From assembly GCA_963823665.1 (NCBI GenBank), contig CAWGMQ010000006.1:768001-832000 (forward strand): DNA of 64,000 bases, written 5' to 3'. Each line of letters begins with the position of its first letter. Position 1 is the first letter of the stretch. A program made the translations under genes and the position numbers. The notes below the pieces were generated by a model that was given only the letters and a program-made list of their open reading frames with translations, did not search any database and had not been told where the DNA came from. This document shows, piece by piece, positions 53,285 to 63,486 of this stretch. This DNA comes from an uncultured Planctomycetota bacterium (GTDB taxonomy: Bacteria; Planctomycetota; Planctomycetia; Isosphaerales; Isosphaeraceae).

Positions 53285-54220
53285 ATTCGTCCGCCCGGAC
53301 CTCGCTCCAGGCCCTCATCCTTGCAGGATCAATCCATTGTGTCGCTGGGGCGGCGGGCGATCCGCACATCCATTGCTGTGGGAGAAATCCCATGGGAATT
53401 CTCCTCGTTCGCCCGGGAGGTGGACACTATTGTCCAAGTGCCCTGGTCTGTCAACGGCACTCTTCGGGTTCGCGTGAGGCGCGTGGGCTCTGGCCCAACT
53501 TGAATGAACCGCGTGGGTGCGGGAGTCGCGCCGAGCTTTTTTGCCGACTCTCTAGCCGGGGCGCGCGCAAACTGGGGGTTTCGATCGAAGTCGTCGTTGC
53601 ATCCGGTGCGAGCCGACTGAAAATCCCAGGTTTTCTGGTCGACGAAGTGGCCGAATCGCAAAAGTTGGTCCATAACATATGTAGCTGGGTTCTCGATCGC
53701 CGACACCGGAGTCCGCGGGAGGCACACGGGGGACACTGGTTCAAGGGGACCAAGAGCCGTTGGGAGTCGAACGCAGTGTTGAACGACACAGAGGTGAGCT
53801 TGGGTGGACTGTGGCGCTCCTGTTGCCAGCAATCCGATTGCAGACGGTGGCCCGGCCAGTGCCACGCTTCGCAGCATTCAGAATGCGGCCGATTTACACT
53901 AATGTACGGATGCTTGAAGGCCCCCGTAGTATTGCCACTTTTTGCCATTTTTTCGACGGGTTCGATGATTGCTTCCGGTGGAGTGCGTACTCCGCAAGTT
54001 TAACAGGTGTAAGCGAATCGGAACAGAGCGAGGGCGTTGTTCGACGACGGTAAAGTTCGTGGCAACGTGCCACCGAAATTGCCATCACCAATTGTCGGTA
54101 TTGTTCACTATGTGTTTCGCTTGCTTCTTTCACGGCACTCGAAGCGAGGTACGCGACGGATCGACGTGGCGTAGGCACGCGAAAACTCGACAAAACGACG
54201 GTGCCAAAGAAGAAGTGAAT

Positions 54221-54456
54221 GTTCCGAAAATTCGATCGTCACGCCATAACTTTAGTTGCTGCCTGATTTTACTGCCGAAATCGCCATGGTTCCGAAAATT
54301 CGATCGTCACGCCATAACTTTAGTCACTGCCTGATTTTACTGCCGAAATCGCCATGGTTCCGAATAATATTCGATCGTCACGCCATAACTTTAGTCACTG
54401 CCTGATTTTACTGCCGAAATCGCCCTGGTTCCGAATATTCAATCGTCACGCCATAA
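54221..54456. repeat. AT-rich tandem repeat, about 3.4 x 68 bp
   Basis: Unit gttccgaaaattcgatcgtcacgccataactttagtcactgcctgattttactgccgaaatcgccatg starts at 54221, 54289, 54357 (71 bp variant) and 54428 (partial). Confidence 0.95.
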
Positions 54457-54601
54457 ATACAGGGCGAATAGTTGGTTACGACGATGAATCCCGGGATCCG
54501 GTTAGTCCAGCGTCACAGAGGGGGGGAGAAGTTCAAGTTCCACTCTCGGTGGGGGTGCGTGATCTCTGCTGCTGACCGTGCGAGTTTTCAACAGAGCAGG
54601 C

Positions 54602-55252
54602 TCACCCCCCGGTCTGCGGGGCGGCCTGTCGCGGGGGTAGGATATCGGAAACGGCGATCCAGCCGACTGCGTGCCCGTCGATCACGACGGGTACAGACTG
54701 CCCCTCGGGAATGACTTCGGTCGAACGGTAGCCGAGCGGGCTCGTCTCGGTGTAGACCTCGACCTGGCGATGGATCAAGTTGACGATCCAGTAGACCGGG
54801 ATCCCGGCGGGCCCGTAGACTTCGGTGGCCAGCTTGCGGTCGACCGCGAGGCTCGAATCGGCGATCTCCACGATGACGGCGATCTCGCCCGGGCCCGGGT
54901 GGTGATCCGCGTAATCGAAGAGCGTCCCTCGGGCAATGCAGCGATCGGTCTCAGGCTCGCTGTCCCGGCCGGGGAGCCGGACCGGCTTCGCCGCACGGGC
55001 GTGGTACCGGTCGGCCGGCAGGATACGGACCAGGGCTGTGCCGAGCGCCTCGTCGGCGACGGCATGCGGGGGATTCTGGGTCATCTTGGCCACCAGATAC
55101 CCGTTGATGAGATGGAACCGGTTGCGCGATTCGAGGACGCCCGATTCCACCATCGCCTCGTATTGCTCCACGGTCATGCGGTAGAGCGGCGATGGGATCC
55201 ATCCCGGCTCGGGGGCCGGGATCGTCGGTTGACTGGGCGCAACCGCGGACAT
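54602..55252 (-). CDS. Uma2 family endonuclease-like protein
   Basis: YRMTVEQYEAM...G.L..KM...PPH, SEPETD, VEIADSSL..DR, Y..AGIPVYWIVNL. Confidence 0.92.
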   Translation of the reverse strand: MSAVAPSQPTIPAPEPGWIPSPLYRMTVEQYEAMVESGVLESRNRFHLINGYLVAKMTQNPPHAVADEALGTALVRILPADRYHARAAKPVRLPGRDSEPETDRCIARGTLFDYADHHPGPGEIAVIVEIADSSLAVDRKLATEVYGPAGIPVYWIVNLIHRQVEVYTETSPLGYRSTEVIPEGQSVPVVIDGHAVGWIAVSDILPPRQAAPQTGG

Positions 55253-55538
55253 CGGAATGGCTCCTCCCGATCCGTCTGGAGTGCGATAGGTATTCCCGGA
55301 CGGCGCATCCATTCTAACGTGCCGCCGCGCGCGGGCCAACGCCACGCGGGCCGGTCGGGAGCGTGCCTTGAGAGGGCGCGAGGGGAAAGACGGGCTGGTC
55401 AGCGATTAACGGGTTCCTGAACTCCATGGTGACAGGCGAAGGCCTTCGAACTATGCTGGGCGCGCTTGCTTTCGGCTGCGAAGAGAGGCAAGCGCCCTTT
55501 CGCGGAGCGAAAGGCGCCTTTCAAGAGGTACCGAGCCT

Positions 55539-57380
55539 ATGTGCGGGATCGTGGGATACACGGGGGGGCACGAGGCTCAGCCGATACTCGTCGCGGGATT
55601 GCGGCGGCTTGAGTATCGGGGATATGACAGCGCCGGGCTGGCGACAATCGATGGCGAAAAGCTCTGTGTACGAAAATGCGCAGGACGCGTTCGCAAGCTC
55701 GAGGAGCTGCTGGAACGGGAGCATGGGCCCGGGCACTGCGGGATCAGTCACACGCGGTGGGCCACACATGGCCCAGCTACGGACCGCAACGCCCATCCAC
55801 ACACAGGCGGCCGCGCGAGTGCGGAGACGGTGGCCGTCGTGCACAACGGTGTCATCGAGAACCACGCGGGGCTGCGCCGGGAGCTGCAGTCGCAAGGCTT
55901 TGTTTTCGTGAGCGAAACCGACACCGAGGTCGTCGCGCACCTGATCGCGCGCGAGCTGGAATCGGGCTGCGACTTGTTTGACGCTCTTCAGCGGGCGCTG
56001 CCTCGACTCGAGGGAACGTATGGACTGGCCGTGGTCAGCCCCAAGCAACCAGACGTGATCGTGGGCGCGCGGTTTGGCAGTCCGCTTGTCGTGGGGCTGG
56101 GCGACGGCGAGCACTTGCTGGCGAGTGACGCGATGCCCATCTCGCCACACACGGCGAGGGTGGCATACCTTCAGGACGGCGAGGTGGTCCGGCTCACACC
56201 TCGCGACTTCGAGATCCGCCATGTCGAGCATGGGCCGATCACGCCGCGGATCGATCGGATCGACTGGAAACCAGATGCGGTCGAGCTGGGCGGGCACGCC
56301 CACTACATGATGAAGGAGATTCGCGAGCAGCCGGATACCGTCATCGACGCCTGCCGCGGGCGGCTGCGCCGTGCCGAGGCGACGGCCCAGTTCGGGGGGC
56401 TGAACATGAGCGCGCGGCGGCTGAGACGGGTGCGCCGCATCGTGTTCGCGGCGTGCGGGACAAGCTGGCATGCCGCGCTCGTGGGGGAGTATCTGATCGA
56501 GCGGCTGGCGCACGTGCCGGTCGAGGTCGAGTTTGCCAGTGAGTTTCGTTATCGCAATGCACCGCTCGAGGAACAGACACTGGTGTTCGTGCTTTCCCAG
56601 TCGGGAGAAACCGCGGACACGCTGGGCGCCCTGCGCGAAGCCAAGCGCCGGGGGCATCCGACGCTGGCGATCGTGAACACGGTGGGCAGCACGATCGCCC
56701 GCGAAGCCGAGGGGGGCATCTATCTTCACGCCGGGCCGGAGGTCGGGGTGGCGAGCACCAAGGCGTTCTCGGCGCAGGTGACGGTGCTGCTTTTACTGGC
56801 GCTGCACCTCGCGAGGCTCAAGCATCTTTCGTTCCAGGACGGGATGGCGGTGGTCGAGGCAATCGAGTCGATTCCCTCGCTGCTGGGCGAGGTTTTGAAG
56901 ACGGAGGCCCTGATCGAAGAGGCGGCGCGGCTGGTCGCCGGGTCGAAAAGCGCGCTTTATCTCGGGCGAGACGTGCACTATCCGGTGGCGCTCGAGGGCG
57001 CGCTCAAGCTCAAGGAAATCAGCTACATTCACGCGGCGGGCTATCCGACAGCCGAGATGAAACACGGGCCGATTGCGCTGGTTGACGAGACGACGCCGTG
57101 CATCTTCGTGGCGCCCGATGGCCCGCTGCATGCGAAGACACTCTCGAATATCGAGGAAGTCCGGGCCCGTCACGGCCGCATCATTTCTGTGGGCACGCGC
57201 GGCGATTCGGCGATTGAGTCCGTCTCGGAGTTGTTCCTGCCGATTCCGAGTGCGCCCGAGATCATTCAGCCGCTCTTGGCGGTGGTGCCTCTTCAGTTGC
57301 TGGCTTATCACGTGGCGCTTCAACTCGGACGCGATATCGACAAGCCGCGCAACCTGGCCAAGAGCGTGACCGTGGAGTGA
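55539..57380 (+). CDS. glmS: Glutamine--fructose-6-phosphate aminotransferase
   Basis: MCGIVG, LEYRGYDSAG, HTRWATHG, SQSGETADT, VASTKAF, KPRNLAKSVTVE. Confidence 0.99.
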   Translation: MCGIVGYTGGHEAQPILVAGLRRLEYRGYDSAGLATIDGEKLCVRKCAGRVRKLEELLEREHGPGHCGISHTRWATHGPATDRNAHPHTGGRASAETVAVVHNGVIENHAGLRRELQSQGFVFVSETDTEVVAHLIARELESGCDLFDALQRALPRLEGTYGLAVVSPKQPDVIVGARFGSPLVVGLGDGEHLLASDAMPISPHTARVAYLQDGEVVRLTPRDFEIRHVEHGPITPRIDRIDWKPDAVELGGHAHYMMKEIREQPDTVIDACRGRLRRAEATAQFGGLNMSARRLRRVRRIVFAACGTSWHAALVGEYLIERLAHVPVEVEFASEFRYRNAPLEEQTLVFVLSQSGETADTLGALREAKRRGHPTLAIVNTVGSTIAREAEGGIYLHAGPEVGVASTKAFSAQVTVLLLLALHLARLKHLSFQDGMAVVEAIESIPSLLGEVLKTEALIEEAARLVAGSKSALYLGRDVHYPVALEGALKLKEISYIHAAGYPTAEMKHGPIALVDETTPCIFVAPDGPLHAKTLSNIEEVRARHGRIISVGTRGDSAIESVSELFLPIPSAPEIIQPLLAVVPLQLLAYHVALQLGRDIDKPRNLAKSVTVE

Positions 57381-57386
57381 CAACGA

Positions 57387-57418
57387 AGAAACCCCGCGTC
57401 AGTTGACGCGGGGTTTCT
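57387..57418. terminator. Bidirectional rho-independent terminator
   Basis: AGAAACCCCGCGTCA-GT-TGACGCGGGGTTTCT between convergent genes. Confidence 0.85.
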
Positions 57419-57460
57419 GAATGAACGAGAGGCTACCGCAGGTTGCGCGGTCGCGTCGAA

Positions 57461-58129
57461 TCAGTTGTTGCGCGGGCGGGGGGGAGCCGGCGTGTAAGCG
57501 AACGGAGCGCCGATCATCTCTTTCCACGTCTTTTGCTGTTCGTCGTTGAGCTTGGCGACGACCTTGGTCAGGGTTTCCTTGTTGTGCTCCGCGAGCTTCT
57601 TCATGGTTCCCTCGCGGTCATCCGCGAAACCCTGGCGAATCTCACGCGCGGCCTCATTGGCCTCGTCGGTGATCGTCTTGATTTCGCCTTTCTGGGCGTC
57701 GGTGATGTTCAGCTTCTTGGCGACCTCGGGATCAGCAAAAGCCATCGCACCGCGGACCTGGTAGGAGCACTGATGGAGCCGGGCGATTTGCTCCGGCTTC
57801 AAGAACTCAGCGAGGGCCTTGGTCGTCGAATCGTTGACCTCCTTCATCACCACCTGGTTTTTCTTTGCCCGCTCTTCCTTCTCGAGGTCTTTGGTTTCCG
57901 CGAAAGCGGCCATCATTTTCTCGCGGTTCTTGTCGGCGATCTCCTTCGCCTTGGCGACCTGCGTGTCGTCCATCTTCAGTTCTTTCTGGACGCTCTCATT
58001 GCCGATGAGACCGGAGATGCCGCCGCCGCCGCCCATGCCGAAGCCGCCGCGCCCGCCTTGGGCTAGCGCCGGGCCCGCCAATAGCGCGACCAATCCTAAA
58101 CCGACCACACCTCGTAGCATTGCTCTCAT
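57461..58129 (-). CDS. Secreted helical protein (Spy/CpxP LTxxQ-like repeats, planctomycete type)
   Basis: Signal peptide, Gly-rich linker, VQKELKM...Q, LKPEQ..RL.Q, LNITDAQK, LNDEQ...W. Confidence 0.75.
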   Translation of the reverse strand: MRAMLRGVVGLGLVALLAGPALAQGGRGGFGMGGGGGISGLIGNESVQKELKMDDTQVAKAKEIADKNREKMMAAFAETKDLEKEERAKKNQVVMKEVNDSTTKALAEFLKPEQIARLHQCSYQVRGAMAFADPEVAKKLNITDAQKGEIKTITDEANEAAREIRQGFADDREGTMKKLAEHNKETLTKVVAKLNDEQQKTWKEMIGAPFAYTPAPPRPRNN

Positions 58130-58374
58130 GGTTGCCGACTCCTGGGTGTTGAAACGGAAATGGGGTTCGATCTGTGGCCATCCCGCCATGAGTGCGCCCA
58201 TGCTTGAGCGGCAGTGGCGGGATTTCCTGTATCAAAGCTGTTGATGCGACTGACTAAATGAGCGTCAACGAATGGTGCTTGGACCGGCTTTTCGCGAATA
58301 AGGAGCACGATTTCCGGAATCGTGAAACGGGGTGACGAAGGGCGAAGAGGCACACGAGCTGACGCACGTTCCGG

Positions 58375-58963
58375 CTATTTCGCGTCTTCTTCTTCAATGA
58401 GTTTGTAAAAGTCATCGTCGGCCGGTTGCTTCTTCGGCTTGGGGGCAGACGATTTGAAGTGCTCGGGAACGGCATCATCGAAATCGCCCTCGTCGGCGGA
58501 GACTCGCTCGATGACGTTGGGTGCTCTGGTTGCGCGCTTGGGGGCCTTGGCGTCGTCGGTGTCGAGACCGGCGAGCTCCATCAGCGAGTGGCGCTCGGCG
58601 CTCCTGGACAACTTCGATGTCGAGGTCTTTATGCGCATTCAAGAATGCTTCGGGGCCCGCGGCCTCGTACTCGATGGTGAACATGTGGCCGGCGATTCCC
58701 AGCTCTTCGTCGGGCATCAAGCTCTGTTCGCTCGCCAGGGCAGAGCCGTTGACCGTGGTGCCGTTGGTGCTGCCCAGGTCCTTGACCATCCAGAGCCCGT
58801 TCAAGAACCGGAGCGCGCAGTGCTTGCCGGAGATGTTCTCGTAGTCGAGCCGGATGTCGCAGCCGGGGCGGCGGCCCACGATCATCTCGGCTTTCGTGAG
58901 CGGGATGGGGTCACCACCGCCGACCGGTTGCAAGATTCCGATGATGCCGGGAAGAGGCCGCAT
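58375..58963 (-). CDS. FHA domain protein; frameshift near 58600
   Basis: VGRRPGCDIRL..NISGKHC..VKDLGSTNGT.VNG; continues in ORF 58375..58638 (ERHSLMELAGL...). Confidence 0.85.
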
Positions 58964-59235
58964 TGATGTGTGCCCTCTCTGCAGATTGGGACTTGGTCTC
59001 TCGTGACGTTAGCAGAGCGACTCAAGGCGAAACCGCGAGGCATTTTACCAGATCACGAAAGCGGTTCTCAAGGGTTGTCTTTCAGTGGAAATCTCGAAAA
59101 CGATATTCCTCGCCCGGGGCTGGCGTTGGTACCGGCGTTTGTATAGCCTCGGTGATGTCACCCGGTGCGGCGGACGTGTCCCAGTGCCTGATTGCCCCGC
59201 CGGCCGTTGCGAAGAAACCTCTGGGGAGCGAATTC

Positions 59236-60117
59236 ATGACAAACGCACGATTGCCGCGATCCTGGAACCGGCGGGAAGTGCTGGGAGCGGGCTGTCTTCT
59301 GCTGGGGGGTGCCTTGCTTCCGGCGCGCGCCGCGGGGGACGACCGGGCGGTTCCGGATTCGCAGGACCCGTACCGCCCGTTCAAGATGGGGCTCCAGAGC
59401 TACTCCCTGCGCGGACTCAAGAGCGATGGAAAACCGGACCTCGCGAAGGCCCTCGCCGCGACCAAGGGGCTGGGACTGCATTACTGGGAGTCGTACACCG
59501 CCCACGTCCCGATGAACGATCCCAAGGCGCTCGAGAGCGCCAAGGCCGCCCTGGCCGACGCCGGGGTTTCGCTCGCCGCGTATGGTGTCGTTCACCTGGG
59601 TAGTGATGCAGACGCCAACCGGAAGATCTTCGAGTTTGCCAAGTCGGTCGGGCTCGAGTACGTCTCGGCCGACATCGATCCGGGCGCGTTCGACGCGGTC
59701 GACAAGCTGGTGGAAGAATTTGGAGTGGGCGTCGGCATCCACAACCACGGCCCGGGCCACCGCTACGCCAAGATCGAGACGATCAGCGACGCGATCAAGA
59801 ACCATCATCAAAAGATCGGCTGTTGCATCGACACGGGCCATTTCCTGCGTTCCCGCATCGACCCGGTGGACGCGGCGGAAGCCTTCGCCGGACGAACCTA
59901 CGGCGTGCATCTCAAGGACGTCAAGGATGCCAGGACCTTTACCGTCCTGGGCAAGGGAGACCTGCGCACCGTCGACTTCCTCAAAGTCCTCGCCAAGAAC
60001 AAATACAAGTACTGTCTGGCGATCGAGTACGAGGAAAGCGAGGACGATCCGGTCGCCGACATCAAGGAATGCCTGGCCGAGGCGGCAAAGGCCATTGCAC
60101 AGGTTCGACAAGCGTGA
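59236..60117 (+). CDS. Sugar phosphate isomerase/epimerase (TIM barrel) with a Tat signal
   Basis: NRREVL twin-arginine leader; GLQSYSLR, IHNHG, CIDTGH, HLKD, IEYE. Confidence 0.9.
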   Translation: MTNARLPRSWNRREVLGAGCLLLGGALLPARAAGDDRAVPDSQDPYRPFKMGLQSYSLRGLKSDGKPDLAKALAATKGLGLHYWESYTAHVPMNDPKALESAKAALADAGVSLAAYGVVHLGSDADANRKIFEFAKSVGLEYVSADIDPGAFDAVDKLVEEFGVGVGIHNHGPGHRYAKIETISDAIKNHHQKIGCCIDTGHFLRSRIDPVDAAEAFAGRTYGVHLKDVKDARTFTVLGKGDLRTVDFLKVLAKNKYKYCLAIEYEESEDDPVADIKECLAEAAKAIAQVRQA

Positions 60118-60124
60118 AGGGACC

Positions 60125-60805
60125 ATGCCTGTTATGATCCCCCGCGTGCTCGAGCCTGAAGCCATGGAGACACCCGAGGCCGTGCGTCAATATGACGCAA
60201 TGGATCATAGGGCGGTCAACACCCGGTTCGTCCAGGATTTTCTCGCGGTCCACGGGCCGTGCCGGGGCGGAGACGTGCTCGACGTCGGCACCGGCACGGC
60301 TAGGATTCCGATCGCGCTGGCAAGCGCCGATCAAAAGGCCAGGGTGCTGGCTCTCGACCTCTCCGAAGCGATGCTTGCCCAGGCTGCGGTGAACATCGAG
60401 GCCGCGGGCTTTTCGGACCGGATTCGCTGCCATCTAGGTGATGCAAAATCGCTGATTCATGCATTCGGCGAAGGCTCGTTTGAGGGTGTGGTTTCGAACA
60501 CGATCATCCACCACATTCCCGATCCGGTGCCGGTGCTCGGCGAGATGGCCCGGCTGGTTGCCCCCGGTGGAACCTTGCTGGTGCGCGACCTGGTGCGGCC
60601 AGATTCATACGACGAGATTTTGCGCCTGGCCGACCTACACGCCGCTACGGAGACCCCGGCGGCCCGGGCGCTGTTTGAAGCGTCACTCGGCGCGGCGCTC
60701 ACGCTCGATGAGATTCGCGAGATCCTTCGTTCGCTGGGCCACGACGCCGGCCTGGTGTCCATGACCTCCGATCGCCACTGGACGTGGTGCTGGCGTCGTC
60801 CGTGA
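60125..60805 (+). CDS. Class I SAM-dependent methyltransferase
   Basis: RVLEPEAM..YDAMDH, VLDVGTGTARIP, SNTIIHHIP, RDL.RP. Confidence 0.92.
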   Translation: MPVMIPRVLEPEAMETPEAVRQYDAMDHRAVNTRFVQDFLAVHGPCRGGDVLDVGTGTARIPIALASADQKARVLALDLSEAMLAQAAVNIEAAGFSDRIRCHLGDAKSLIHAFGEGSFEGVVSNTIIHHIPDPVPVLGEMARLVAPGGTLLVRDLVRPDSYDEILRLADLHAATETPAARALFEASLGAALTLDEIREILRSLGHDAGLVSMTSDRHWTWCWRRP

Positions 60806-60820
60806 GGATCTGACGGAATA

Positions 60821-62446
60821 ATGATAGATAGGAAGGATTCCTCGAAGACGGCTGCCCAAGAGGTTGCTTCCAGGACGCGTTCTCGCGCGCTGCCGCCGGT
60901 CCTCTCAGGGCTGCTCTCCGGTACGTTCTGGCTGGCCTTGCGCGTGCCGCTCCAGGCCGTTTTCTCGCTGTGGACGACGCGGCTGGTGCTCGAGTCGGTG
61001 GGTGCCGATCAATGGGGGGCCTATCGATTCGCCTGGGGCTTCGGGTTCTTCCAGTTCTTGTTCGAATTCGGGGCGAGCTCTGCCCTTCAACGGCAGATCT
61101 CGGAAGCATGGACGCGTGGCGATCACGATGCGGTCGACCGTTCGATCGCCTGCGGCATGACCTTTTATACAGCCGTCGCCTTCCTGCAGATCGCGGCCTT
61201 GCTCGGCGTGGCCTACTGGGCGCTGCCAGTGACGGCCTTCGAGGGACGCGCCTACGAGTTGATTGTCAAGCTGCTGTGGCTGCAAGCCGTGACAGCCCCT
61301 TGCTACGGATATTCGGTGGTGGTATCGAGCGTGCTGCAGGCCGCGAGGCGCTACGATTTCATCCCGCGGCTCGAGCTTTTTACGACGATCGTGCGATTCC
61401 TCGTGCTGGCGGTGGGACTACAGTCCGGATTCGACTTCTTCCGGGTGGTGGTCACTCAGACGGCGATTCAGGTCGGCCTGGGGTTTGCGCCGGGGCTGTG
61501 GGTGATGAACCGCGAGCTGGGCCACAGGCCGCACTTCGGTGGGGCACGTCTATCGGACTACAAATCGCTGCTCAATTTCAGCTTCTACATCGCGCTCATC
61601 CAGCTCAGCGTGGTGCTTGCCGACAAGGTCGACACGAGCGTGCTGGGCTTCATTCTCGCCGACCCCGGTCCGGCCAATTCGGTGTACGACGTGGTGAGCA
61701 AGCCGTTCCTCCAGCTCCGGCAGACGGGCTGGATGCTGGCCTACATGGTGATGCCCGCGGTGGCGAGCCTGGTCGGCGCGGACGATCACCGCGCGCTCGA
61801 CCGCGTCAAGTACGACGGTACGAGGCTGCATATCGGTGCGATCTTGCCGGTGGGTCTCCTGGCCTGGATTTACGCCGGGCCATTTCTCTCGCTCTGGATG
61901 GGGATGCGCCTGGGTTACGACGCGGCCGAGCACGCGGACCTGATGCGTTTATTCCTGCTCGCCGCAATCCCGCTTGTGCTCTCGGTCCTGGTTCAAGTGT
62001 CGATCGGGCTCAATAAGGTCAAGGTCATTGCGCTCGCAGCACTTCTGGGGTCGGCGGTGAACCTCCCCATCAGTTGTTATCTGACCTCCCGCCTGGGCGT
62101 CGAAGGTGTGATCTGGGGAACCGTCATCACCACGTTCTTCTCCAATTTACTGGTGCCGGGAATCTACGTATTTCGGGAGCTTCAGATAGATTGGCGAATC
62201 TTATTCAGGCGAACGTTGAGCGCTCCGTTTTGCGGAGGAATTGCCCTGGTCGCTACGACATGGGCGTTGCGATGGGTCGCGCCGGTGACCTATCCCGGGG
62301 AGTCGCTCTGGTTGCGATCAACACCGCTCTTGGTGCACTTGACCGGCGGAACGCTGGCGTACCTCGCCGGGTATCTTCTGACGAAGGCAGGGCGCTCCGA
62401 CGCGGTCGAGCTATCGGGCCGGCTACTCCGGCGACGAAATGCTTGA
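60821..62446 (+). CDS. Polysaccharide flippase (Wzx/MOP superfamily)
   Basis: About 14 TM helices, G.DQWGAY..FEFG pattern, LG.EGV.WGT. Confidence 0.8.
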   Translation: MIDRKDSSKTAAQEVASRTRSRALPPVLSGLLSGTFWLALRVPLQAVFSLWTTRLVLESVGADQWGAYRFAWGFGFFQFLFEFGASSALQRQISEAWTRGDHDAVDRSIACGMTFYTAVAFLQIAALLGVAYWALPVTAFEGRAYELIVKLLWLQAVTAPCYGYSVVVSSVLQAARRYDFIPRLELFTTIVRFLVLAVGLQSGFDFFRVVVTQTAIQVGLGFAPGLWVMNRELGHRPHFGGARLSDYKSLLNFSFYIALIQLSVVLADKVDTSVLGFILADPGPANSVYDVVSKPFLQLRQTGWMLAYMVMPAVASLVGADDHRALDRVKYDGTRLHIGAILPVGLLAWIYAGPFLSLWMGMRLGYDAAEHADLMRLFLLAAIPLVLSVLVQVSIGLNKVKVIALAALLGSAVNLPISCYLTSRLGVEGVIWGTVITTFFSNLLVPGIYVFRELQIDWRILFRRTLSAPFCGGIALVATTWALRWVAPVTYPGESLWLRSTPLLVHLTGGTLAYLAGYLLTKAGRSDAVELSGRLLRRRNA

Positions 62447-63401
62447 CTCGCCTTCCGGGTCGCAATCGGGTAAATTCGGGTCTGCGGGGCCCTTTGTTTC
62501 CGGCAGGGAGCGCCCAAACGGGGCGGAGACCATGATGACTCCGAGCGAAGGGACGACGACGGGCAAGACCCGGCTTCGGGACATCGAGGTTCGATCGACG
62601 GGCGGGCTGATCTTGAAGGGCCGCTGTTGGCACCGCGATTCCACGCGGGCGGTTCTGGTGATAGCCCACGGCTACGGAGAGCATGGCGGCTGCTACCGCC
62701 GGGTCGCTGAGTCTGTCGCCGAACGGGCAGACCTCGACGTGGTCGCGGTGGATTTTCGCGGCCACGGCCGCAGCCCGGGCCGTCGGGGAGTTGTGCGAGC
62801 ATACGACGAATTGATCGATGATCTGTTGCACACTCTCCAATGGTCACACCGGCAGTTTCCTGGACTCGATTGTTTTGTTCTCGGTCATTCGAACGGCGGG
62901 CAGGTGACGCTTCGCGCGTGCCTGCGCAATCCCGCAGGGATGACCGGCTTGATCGTGTCGAATCCGGTCTTGCGGGTGTCGGTCGAGGTACCGCCGGTCA
63001 AGATGAAGGTGGCCCGATTCCTTGCCCGGCACGCTCCCTGGGTCACGCTGAAAGGCAGTTTGAACGCCGGGTTGCTCACACGCGACCCCGAAATCCAGGA
63101 GGAGCATCGCACCGACCCGCTGCGACATAGCCGCATGAGCGCACCGCTCTTCTTCGGCATGATCGAGGGAGGGGCCATGCTCATGGAGCGAGCGGGTGAG
63201 CTCAAGACACCGATCCTCATGCTGCTGGGAGGGCAGGACACCATCACCGACCCCGCGGCCGCACGCGCGTTTTTCGACCGCATCGGCGGGGAAGACAAGA
63301 CCCTGACGATTTATCCCAAGATGCTGCACGAGCCTCTCAACGAGATCGGCCGGGGGCAAGTGCTCGAGGACGTGCTGCGCTGGATCGAGCCGCGATTGTG
63401 A
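62439..63401 (+). CDS. Alpha/beta hydrolase (lysophospholipase/monoglyceride lipase family)
   Basis: HGYGEH, DFRGHGRS, GHSNGG, D and HEPLNE; start may be ATG 62532. Confidence 0.93.
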   Translation: MLDSPSGSQSGKFGSAGPFVSGRERPNGAETMMTPSEGTTTGKTRLRDIEVRSTGGLILKGRCWHRDSTRAVLVIAHGYGEHGGCYRRVAESVAERADLDVVAVDFRGHGRSPGRRGVVRAYDELIDDLLHTLQWSHRQFPGLDCFVLGHSNGGQVTLRACLRNPAGMTGLIVSNPVLRVSVEVPPVKMKVARFLARHAPWVTLKGSLNAGLLTRDPEIQEEHRTDPLRHSRMSAPLFFGMIEGGAMLMERAGELKTPILMLLGGQDTITDPAAARAFFDRIGGEDKTLTIYPKMLHEPLNEIGRGQVLEDVLRWIEPRL

Positions 63402-63486
63402 TTTTCCGCTGCTGATCGAACCTCCTTCGAAGGAATAAACGAGAAACGAGGATTTGCGAGGTCCAGCGAGCGGAAGGTCTCACATC

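Noticed and set aside
54221..54456. CRISPR array
   Set aside because: The units are near-identical over their whole length with no unique spacers, and there are no cas genes in the window.
55345..55538. glmS ribozyme upstream of glmS
   Set aside because: AGCGCC is present (about 55491) but is followed by a dispersed palindromic repeat; the conserved GACGAGG core is absent.
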